Source of the DNA: Corallochytrium limacisporum Hawaii
Lineage: Eukaryota > Protista > Pluriformea
Assembly: GCA_002811645.1 (NCBI GenBank)
Contig: PDIP01000024.1
Location: 1 to 64,000, forward strand
Direction: 5' to 3'
Length of the DNA stretch: 64,000 bases
The position numbers and the translations under genes were made by a program. The notes under the pieces were generated by a model. That model did no database searches and was not told the DNA's origin. It saw nothing but the letters and a program-made list of their open reading frames with translations. Positions within the stretch are counted from its first letter, which is position 1. The number at the start of each line of letters is the position of its first letter. Positions 53,979 to 64,000 of the stretch are shown here, piece after piece.

Positions 53979-56900
53979 TTGGAGTTTCTGGATCTGTTCC
54001 GGTTCTTGTTCTAGTTCACAACGGGCCTGTTCACCCAGGATCACCGCCCTGTATACTCAGCTTGTTGGTCATGAATCCTCCATCTCTTTTCTGTCCACCC
54101 ACTCTCGCATATCTCTGTATTACAATCCATCAGTGTCAATTGTCGTCAAGTCCATGATCCTAAGTCTAGTACCTTTGCTCCAGGCGCATCGTGTAGGTAT
54201 TTGACTGTTTTTCCACAGTGCATTTTCTTCTCCGATGCGCGCCTCCACTTTTCCCCGTTGATGTAGAGAATAGCGTGTTTCCTTTTTCAGACAATTCTAG
54301 AGCAGTCTTGCCAATATAGAATACTCCGTATATATAAATATTTAGCGTTTAATATTATTGATCAATTTATTCGCCACACTGCTGTTCAGGGCAGACTCCT
54401 TCACAGGGAGGAGCTCGACACAATCGTAGACTTTACTCCTCGAACATCGTGCAGTATCAAACATCCACGATCTAGAATACATGTTCTCCAACCACCGCCA
54501 TTGATCTTTTATTGACATCATGGTCGAGAAGGTACCCTCTGCTCGTTGTTCTTTTGCGCTCATCGATGCGGTCAAGTGAACAATAAGCGCCATGACTTGG
54601 ACTAGTTTCTTGTTTTTGATCTCAACCATGAAACGGATTCGTGCTAAGGAAGCCAGTCCGGCATTTTTCTCCCATCAGTTTCACATCAAGTTTTCTCGCA
54701 AAGGTTCCTTGGTCTCTTGGCTATTAGGTAGATAGTATAGTATGGAACGAATGGAGTCGACATGATATGTATGGGCGGACTCTTGTATTGCTTTGTCACA
54801 GAACGAGAAGATCCTCAAACTCGCGCACAATTTTCCAGAAAGTCAATAAGGGAGCAGCTGTTTAGAAATGGGGACAGAGTATAACTTGGTAGCAGTCGCG
54901 CATTCGATTGGCCCAGCTCATAATAATAGTAGAAGCTTTACAATGCAAACATCATCGCACTCATTTCATCCCCGAACCCCAGACTAGCCAGTGTGACTTG
55001 TAAATTGACTTGTCGATCTCCCCCACACAAAGAGCGGGCACGTCAACATCGGACCTCAGAGAGTCTCTGGTATGTGTCTGGGCTATTTCTGTATCACTCT
55101 TTGGCTATTCTTTCCGCCTCCGAGGGAAATTCTTTTTTTCTTCTGCAAGCGCTCGTCAACCCACACTGAACGTGCAAACTCAACTTCCTCGGGCCCGGAC
55201 CACAGTACTTTATAATACTTTTCCGACCGGTGCAGATTCCGTTGAAGCGCCAGCCGTCATGGAAAGGTCCGGGCTTGCTGGTGCGCTGTTCGTCGTCTTG
55301 GCCAAACGTGGAAAGGAAGCCGGAAAGCAGAATTTTCAGGTGGAGCATGCGAAACAGAGCAGTGAGGATAGGTGAGTGTAACGTCATCCCAGACCGGGAT
55401 GACATGTTTGTAGTATCATCGCAAGCTCACAAAGTTAGTGTACACTATGCATCTCCGGCTAGGAATCAAAACATTAACAAGCAACCTGATTGTGATCGCC
55501 TCCGTATGGGCGGTACGCCCTCGTGCTATCATTCTCGAGCGAGACGAATGGGCTGGCCCAAAAGACGCGAACGTCTTCATCACATAGAGCGTGCAGGTCC
55601 CACATGCTCTTCACGACTATAGCTGATGTGGGCTGGCCAGTACATGACAAGCCCTGGAGTGCACATGGAGGTGGGGGTGGGAGGGCAAACTGCTCAAACC
55701 GTTCCAACACGTCTCCCATCTCAATACCGTTTTCACGCCTGGTGCCCCAAGTCATTTCGCAATCATGAAAAGAACTGGCATCATCGCAAATGAGAAACCG
55801 AGATCTACGTCCTACCGTAACTTGATGTGCAGATTGTGTTTGAGCCTCGCCATTTTTCTGCTTCAACTATTGTGTGCCAAGTGTTTTGTGTGTGACCAGC
55901 GCCAGATGATCTGGTACCAAGCTAGGTCCTGGGTTGCCAGTTCTTCGTTTTCCTTCTTTCCAATTCTTCTTGAACTTTGTGCCCTTTTGGGGACGAGTGG
56001 ATGGTTGTATTTGTTCTTACCCACTCCCGTGATCTGTTCGTAGTGGTGTGTTCCATCTGTTGGTGCCCAAGCATTCAATGGTGCTCAGCTGCAGCAAACC
56101 GACAATAAATTGAGGGTGAGCAGTGCTCTCTACATACAAGCCTCTACTGCAGGGTTTAGAACACGGTCGGCGGAAGGCAATCAACAGTTGGCTTCCGTCC
56201 GAACAGGTTTGAACGGCTAGCTGACTAGGTTGCTGTGATTGGTCGTGACACCGGTTTGGTGCAGTCATCAAAGCATGACAGTCTGAACTTGATACTGTCT
56301 GAGTCTGTGCATTTGAAAAAAAAATGCTGGGGCCAACAATCCGATATTTTTTCCACCATATCATTCCCTTTGCAATACGGTAATTATACAGTAGTCAGTG
56401 TTTGCTGGAGTTTCGGTTGAGTATGCTGGAAAACTGTGACTAGCAGCGAGTTCTTTGAGAAATTCGGCCAAAATAGTGTATACGATAAACTGGTTCCCAA
56501 ATGAACAGATTAAAGTACGGTCCAAAGAAGGCCATAGTTAACGGCCAAGTGAAATATTATAGTGACATGCCATACCGCAAAGACTCTCTTGGTCCCGAAG
56601 ACGATTAATGCGTCAGACTTCAATGGAAGTTTTGTTAACGTTTCCGCGAATTCCAAAGAAGGGGTAATATCAAACGGCAAGAGGATTTACAACCACCGGA
56701 TAGGCGTGCTGCGAGAGCGCAAACAAGCAGCAAGGAAGAGGTACATAAGATTTTTTCTCTCTCCGAGAAATCCAGATCCGTACATTAAGAATGCTGAATG
56801 CTTTAGGTCAGTGTATAATAGCTGGTGTCGTTACACGAAACTGCCAAAACATGCCCGACATTTGAAATTCGTTGGCCTTCTTAAGGGCCAATATGCATAC

Positions 56901-59900
56901 TCCTGTGCCGGTGCCGTGCGTCGCTTTTTTCTTCAAGTTTCTAACTGTCCGTCGAGAAACATAGAAGCTTTCCTGTGGGTGGTGGACGGTGCGACTCTCA
57001 ATTTCACATTGTAGACTGCGTTGCTTGGAAGACTCTCAGAATCAACTGGGGATCCGAGAGAAATTCAATGTTTTCAACAGGATCGTTCAATTCTCGATAC
57101 CAACGCCAATGGTTCCAGTCGTCAAAATTGTTCTGTGCATGAGCCAGAGCTGGATCCTCGCCCACGGCGCGAGATTACAGACTTTCCGGTCTTTCGTATT
57201 CACTGTATGTATCGCTCATCTGCGGCACGTACCCAGCCCTCGCACACTCGAAACCCACTCAGCTATGGACGGGGACAGTAGTGCGATTCGTGTCCGTGTG
57301 GTCACGAAGAAGAACGATACACCTACGGTGTTTTGCGGGCCACCGCAATCAGTTGAATGCCGCCCGGTTATTGTGTTATTCACGCATCCTCCCTTAGCAA
57401 TTTACCATTGATAAGCTCCATCCTCCGACGGTTGGTTGCGTTGTTCGCGCGCGTCGATCGTGCTCGTGTGGGATGTCTGCACGGTTGGACACGAAGTAAA
57501 TCTATGTGCGTCAGCTATTTCGTTCCCTATCGATGAAGAATGCAACTGACCAAGGAAGTGGTAAACCATGGTAAACATAGGTACATGTTGCAGTTGTGCA
57601 CAGTCAACATCGAGACCGCGAGGATCTATTCTTCACCATGCGCACAGCGCCAGAAACTGCCCAAACCAACAGATTGTTTCTGGCAGTGAAGGGATTAGAA
57701 ATATTTATCAAACAGTGAGGTATTGTTCACCAAATGTTTCAACCCTTGAACAGAATGCATTCTAGTATCAGTCTGTAAGACCTGAGGTTGGCCAACTTCC
57801 AAAGATGGAAGGTCCGCAAAATTGGTCCCACAGCGATATCGGTGCCATTGCTTTTTGACAACCCTCACCATATATGGAGGGGAACTGCAGTAGTGAATAT
57901 ATAGAGGCTCCTCAACGGTAAGCATTGACCTGTGTTTTCACATCCTGACGAGGAAAAATTGGTCCAACCGGCCAAGGAACTAGAGATCTTCGATTCTCTT
58001 CGGTGAGACTCCAAGGGTGGCCGCCACCTTGGCCACGGAGGTAGAAGGCACGCGTTCTACGGCATGTGGCGACTTGGCCTAACATCGTCTCTGCGGAAGA
58101 GCACATAGACCGTAGAACCCAATTGTATAAAAGTGTTCTCCTGGAATAAAAGCACCTCCACCTTGAAATTCGTTCCACACGAGAAATACATAACAGATCG
58201 ATGGAATATGGATCATTCCCAGCACTGTCCAGAACGTGAGAGGACAGTGCGATACATGTGCAGTCAGTCTTTGTAGGCCTTTGCGCATGCCATTGGGATC
58301 ACCACATGCCCACAGGGATCGACGACCGACCGATCCAGAGTACTACGATGAGGACCGGCAAAAGGACAGTGCCAAGGCCATTAGTTTGGCCGCCAGCGCC
58401 AAGTCACAGTTGCCTCCCCCACCCCAGCTGGACACTCTACCATCAACACCCACTTCCCTGTTATTTCTAGCACTTTCTCCTTCTTATTCTGCTTCTGCTT
58501 CTCATCTCCCTTAGCCTAAGACCGGCGACAGAATAAATTTGACGCAGAATGCAGCGGTGGTGCTTTAAAGAGAATAGCTAAGAGATCCTGCCGGGACGAG
58601 ACGGGTTCGTATGATATGTACATAGTTGGTAACAAGGGGATCTAAACCCCCTTCGCTTTGCGAGCAACTACGATGGCCATACATATTCAATTGGTTAGAA
58701 GGCGGCTGAGATGGTGAAGCAAAAATTAATTGCAGGAAGCTCCGGTATTCGCGGGTGAGGTTTTTCTTCAGTAGTCACTGTCGGTCATCCTTTCCGGTTA
58801 ATGTCATGGATTGATTTGGCAACCCTAGAATGAACTGCTCTACCCGGGATTTCTTAATGAGAAAATTTCCTTCTCATTCCTCTCAGCCCTGCAGAAGACT
58901 TACTATTTACAAGGCTACTCCAGCCATTTGAAACACTCTCTACAAAGACAAAAAGTCTGCCCCAACTTGCCTGGACTTTAGCCTGAAGAGCAGTGATTTC
59001 AAGGAAGCCGGAAAGAAAAAAAAACAAATAGCCGCAGATAAAGAATAGTAGGTAATGTATACTTAAAGTAGATGTCAATTGGGTCCCCCCCCGGGGGAGG
59101 CCTGTCGAATGGGTCGTGGTTGTTCCGTTCGGTTTCACCAAAACACTGCGGGCATTGGTTTGTTGGTATTGCCGCAACCTCAAGACTTTCCCAAAGTATT
59201 ACTCCAGCGGTCTAAAATGGCAAGTCCAGGGGATCCAGACTGTTTGCATTTCTATTTGCTTTGTGGCAATGTGTTAGTTGAGTGTGTTTCCCAACAACCA
59301 GCGGTGTAGTGATCACGTATGGACACCAGTACGGCACTATTGGCAAAAGCTGTATACCACTCTGAAGGCACTTTACGACGAAATAACAGGGACAATAACA
59401 ACATGATGGTAGTTCTGTTTGCATGCACATCAGACCCCCTGAAACATGGACTGAGGAAGAAAAAAAAACATGACAATGCGTAGATGCAAGGATCCAGTGC
59501 TGTGTGGGGGCTGCCAGCTGAACTTTAATTATATTCCCTGACACGAGGTGAGGGTGAGGATACACGCCAAGTCAGTAAGACATCTTTCATGCCTTGCCAC
59601 CTGACGGGCCAGTTTCTGGAAACTTCAACTATGCCAGTTTGCACGAATGGAACTGACGAAAGGGAAGAGCTGCGTACCCCATCCCACTTACATATTGTCA
59701 ATGCTGTGAAAACGTGCTGTCGCTCTAAGGATTCACAGTTGACCGGTCTCTCCCGTCAACGCCTGAAACTACAAACTATCAGGACAAATCAGCGTGAAAT
59801 GTATACGGAAGACAATTGAGTTTGAGGAAAGCATCCGCTTTTGTTGTTGAATGATATACACGGCTCGGCGAAATATCTCGTAAGTGTTCTCGCGCTCTCG

Positions 59901-62051
59901 CACTATCCCAAGCCACATACTGATCACTCTTACACTAAACACAATGAGGTTGTGTCCATTCCTCCAATTCTAATGATGCTAGGTCTGCCTAAGGCCGAGG
60001 ACAAACGACAGATAATGCCATTCGACTACACAGGGGTATATAGCTGGGTGTGGTGCTGCTTCACGTTGAGCTTCGGGTCTCCACTCAATAGTGAAGCGTT
60101 ATCCCATCAAAAAGGTATTCTTGTTTCATATAGTACGCATATTTGTGTCACACAGAATCCAAACTTTCCTATCGAGATCGTCAGATACGCGTGTTTGTGA
60201 CACCCTCTCGAAGCACGAAAGCCATTGCCTTTTCGAACTACGGACCCTGTATGATGGAGACAAAGGGGATGAATAGCCCCGTTCACAACCTCTCCTTCAT
60301 GCCTCGATGTTGCTACTTCTGACGTGGGCACACAGATGGAAAGAAGTGAGGTAAGTCTCTCAACAAAGCGAACCATGTTAAGTGGATGACTGTCCGTCTT
60401 TCTCGCTATGCCCTCCCCATCCGTGGTAAAGCCTTTTTGGTTTTGTTGATTACTTCAAAGACTCAATGGGGAATACCGGCTTTAGTGAGCACACTGACCA
60501 CGCTCTCAGCACTATCATGGCGGATCACTGACAGATTGTAAGGTAACGGGGACTCTGGAGCTAGAAAGGTTACATTTCCACGAGCAAACAGAAGTTCGTA
60601 GCATGGACATCAGCGAGAACCAGTCGAACGGTCGGGGACAAATGCAATTTTCAAAGTTTCTTCAACAAAAGAAGAGCCATACATTAGGTGCTCTCACATG
60701 TTTTGGGAGAACAGGAGAATCATTTAGAGTTTGTGGATTGCCTGACACAAGTTCTCTTGTCGTAGTTTCGAATTTCCCAACAAGTTAGTATGGGGTCAGG
60801 AACAGTAAAGCAGTAATATTGAGGGAATCGTCTCGATAAAGACCGGCGAAGTTGAAATTACAGTACAAGATGGCTTGCAGTTAAGATGGACTGAAGCCGG
60901 AAGGGTCTCTAGTCCCTTCTTGAACTGAGAAGGGGAAGCAACAAACACCTATCTATGCAGGTAAGGAAGGTCATCGTTCGACACTAAGGAACGCCACGCG
61001 GGTTCTCGTCATCGCTGACTGCAACAGCACTATTAACCGAAACAACATCCATGCAGTTCGCTGTCCATTTTTCGAGCAAAAAACAATCTATGGACCTTTG
61101 TCGTGACAAGAAGACAAACTTTTGTTAACGAGGGAGCGAGCAGAAGAATTCACAGAGGAATGTGATCCCAACACATGAAACCGAAGGAACTGTACAAATG
61201 AGATCGTAAAGTTCGAATCTGCAATTTATTTCCAGTACTAGCTGTCCCTTGATTGTCTCACCCGGATCATTCTACCATTCCTCCGGTTGGGAACTGAAGG
61301 AGTGTGCACTACACGACAAGAGAAAAACAATAGTCGTTGATTTGAGCGAAGGAGAAGGAATTGGAATACCTATGGTGAGCTACGGGGAAGTCACATTCGC
61401 AACCCCAAGACCTTCATGTTTTCCTCTCCACCTCTCTGTTGCATCGAGCACACTAAATGAGTCTTTGTTCTGAGCACACTGAGCATTGGAAATGCACAGA
61501 AACAAGACACGGGGAAGACCTCTTTCTCATCTGTCAATGACTTTCTGAAGGAAGGCGTACTAATGTGTGAGTTGGTCGGGGCCGAATAATAAGGAAGAGA
61601 GTGTATGGGAAATAGTAGTAGCACGAGAGCGCACCTGCCGAGAATGATCGCTCCGTGGGTGTCAACGTACAGCTGTCCTTTTGCCGGCGGTTTCGACCCT
61701 TTCCCCTTCTCTCGCCTTCTGTGAATGAGTGAACTTGGAGAGGGCGGCCGGTGAGGGTGGAGCGGGGAGGGGGGAGCGGGGAGAGGGGAGGGGAAAAGAG
61801 AGATGGGCGAGACGCCTGCCACAGGACATCTTCTGCACCAGAAAGCCTTCGTAACTCTACTCACGAGCGCATTGAATCCGTTGTCCAGGCGCATCTTCGA
61901 AGTGAGACATAGATTCACTCGCATTACGTTCGGTACACCACAAGCATAGAAACGTATTTTATGAAGAAAGGTATTCATGTAAGAAGTGTAGATTGTAGTC
62001 TATGTCATGAAACAATTGTAGATTGCTAAACACATAGAACACACAGCAACC

Positions 62052-62420
62052 ATGGGTGCAAACTCCTGCCTGAAGGGCTCTTTGTCAAGGACCACTAGCG
62101 AGGAGATCCGCCGATCCACACGCTCAGTTTGTGTGCGGAACGTCCCTGTAACAGAAGGTGTCGCAGATGCTGATTATGAACGTAAGGGAAGGGTTGCTCG
62201 ACTGAACCCGGTTGAACTGCGCCGCGCGCAGCTACAGATTAAGAAGGTTCAGGATGAGCTTGGCGTGCCTCTGGAGTGTCGCCCTCGCTTCAGCATGAGC
62301 ATGCTCAAAGAAGAGGAGTTCCGTCGTATGTGCAGTAGTCCTCGACGCGAGAGCAGGGCCTCCCTGTCGATTCGATCTGAGGACTCCTACGGATCCGACA
62401 TCTCCGACATGAGTGAGTAA
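62052..62420 (+). CDS. Small protein with a Phactr/Bni4/neurabin-like PP1-binding module
   Basis: Good start context (gcaaccATGG); SCLK..RSVCV..V...ADADYERK..RLNP..I...ELGV..CR.RF resembles the Phactr/Bni4 C-terminus (DYDRR..RLT..I.KEL..MEVH..SR..TRF). Confidence 0.6.
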   Translation: MGANSCLKGSLSRTTSEEIRRSTRSVCVRNVPVTEGVADADYERKGRVARLNPVELRRAQLQIKKVQDELGVPLECRPRFSMSMLKEEEFRRMCSSPRRESRASLSIRSEDSYGSDISDMSE

Positions 62421-62603
62421 ATTGATCTCCTCGAAGTATTTTAAAACCGAATTTTCCATAGTCAGTCATACGACACATTCAGCGTCATCGTCATTAACAT
62501 GAACATCATCGAACATTGTCCATATCACATCCATTTTGTTAAAGTAGAGTAATATAGCATACCACATCATCACCATTCATTCAATCAACGCGCTTTCAAA
62601 GAT

Positions 62604-62702
62604 ACATCTGCCCCTTTAGACAATGTATGAGCATCTCTTGGCATTGTGTGTGAACATCTGCCCCTTTAGTCAATGTATGAGCATCTCTTGGCATGGTGTG
62701 TG
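62604..62702 (+). repeat. 50-bp tandem duplication (2 copies)
   Basis: acatctgcccctttag[a/t]caatgtatgagcatctcttggcat[t/g]gtgtgtg at 62604 and 62654. Confidence 0.92.
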
Positions 62703-64000
62703 TAGATATCATGCTGATAAAAACAGTGTAAGCCACGACAGCAATAGTATGTCAGCGAAAGTCAGTGAAGTGAGGAGATCAATCTGGAAGTGCCTCGCAT
62801 GAACTTTCACTCCGATGGCTCGGGGGTTCACCCGGCATATAATAGTCAATTAACCAGGGTTGAACTTGGGCCGTAAAACTGGTAACAATTAGTACTGAGT
62901 CTCCTACATACGCAATTCACAGGTCTCCTGTACTTTGTATATGAATGAAGCAGCCTCTATGTCGGCTGCGAAAGCTGCACAGTTTTGGTGGAACGTGTAA
63001 GCCATGGATCGCTTCGATATTACCCAATAGTTCAGAATTTTCGGTCGCTTCCCACTGCTGCCATTTCACCAACTGTTTCCCACAGCGCATATGTTGAATG
63101 TACCGATATTATTCTCGCCGTGTTGTTTCTACGTCCGCGCACCTGCACAGAGGACAGAATAAAAAAACCATACAGACTCGTATCCTTCACAAATTGATCC
63201 GCTACAATTTACCGGTGCCCCAAAGCACACCCAGTGCATGCCCAGCCAAACTAGGAGGTGGTTCGGTATGCCCCCGATTGACCATATGTCTTCTAGAGTC
63301 TTTACTATTGCTATCGATATCCCCAAGATTTCGGTAGTGATATCTAGCCTGTAATGGAACCTAACGAAGACCACCTTGGGTGCGTGGCAGAGCTCTTGTG
63401 TTGCGTCAAAGGTAAGCTAAGGTTACTCGCTTCATAGTGCTAACATTGCTCGTCCATATCCCATTGTTCAATATGATATAGTCAACTTGGAGCAGAGTGG
63501 TACCTGTCGCACACGCCTTGACTGGTGGACGGGGTTCTAATCTTGGCATGGGAACTTGGGCCTATTTTTGCCAGCTTTCTGCTGTACCCTTAGCTCGCCC
63601 CAACGGACACCTCTCTCAGATCTTCGTAGTTGTCAACAATTCGAGGTGTCATGTGTACGCGAGTTCACACTTCATATATATATACATTTAGTACGGAGCT
63701 AAAATACTATTGTGGACAACCAGAACCATTGACCATTCCTACGGTTGCCTCCCTGGCTCTCTAACTGGTCCGCCGTGGGTCGTTTGCGGTGGTAATCAAG
63801 AAAACCACAAAAAAAGCAAAACTCAATGCCCTTCGACCACTGCTTCATTGCACACCGACTGAGTAGGTTGCAGTTCCAGGAATGAGTAGGGAAGCACTTC
63901 GGACGAAAAAAGAGAAGCAACCCACGGCACTTCACAAGACAACTGAGTTCGATAGCAGATCCGCTATGGCATCCCATCGGAAGCAGCTCAATAGGAGAAG

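Noticed and set aside
58080-58215. FHA-like fragment on the - strand (YSIDL..CGT..ENTFIQLGSTVYVL)
   Set aside because: Requires a frameshift and is too short to support by eye
1-64000. CRISPR arrays, rRNA, intact transposase or reverse transcriptase, self-cleaving ribozyme cores
   Set aside because: None recognised by eye; the repeats found are microsatellites or two-copy duplications

Overview
Eukaryotic nuclear DNA that is gene-dense between about 9.7 and 54 kb and apparently intronless: every recognisable gene is a single ORF. The gene content is opisthokont/holozoan-like; a very intron-poor unicellular holozoan such as Corallochytrium is my inference, not proven. Intact genes: a TSP1/lectin type-I membrane protein, a DCAF1/VprBP-like protein, tRNA-His(GTG), Pth1, COA3, delta-COP, a bacterial-type Pat/YfiQ acetyltransferase, a villin/supervillin-like protein, a MutT-like Nudix, DPH4, UBC13, a DUSP22/15-like phosphatase, LSM14, RNFT1/2, CDC50, an alkyl sulfatase, a two-pore channel and a few small ORFs. 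Main findings: (1) two intraflagellar-transport genes about 2 kb apart are broken while their neighbours are intact. IFT88 has 3 in-frame stops, 4 frame changes and an internal deletion of about 140 codons. IFT25, split in the ORF track, has one frameshift. This looks like a fossil record of recent flagellum loss, possibly with further decayed genes in the gene-poor stretches. (2) The DCAF1 homologue has its domain order swapped, with WD40 first and the normally N-terminal ARM region last. (3) Several genes look bacteria-derived (Pat lacking the phospho-His loop, MutT with a degenerate ThiE-like tail, alkyl sulfatase). (4) A stand-alone mini Phactr/Bni4-like PP1-binding protein. All family assignments come from motifs recognised from memory; no searches were run.
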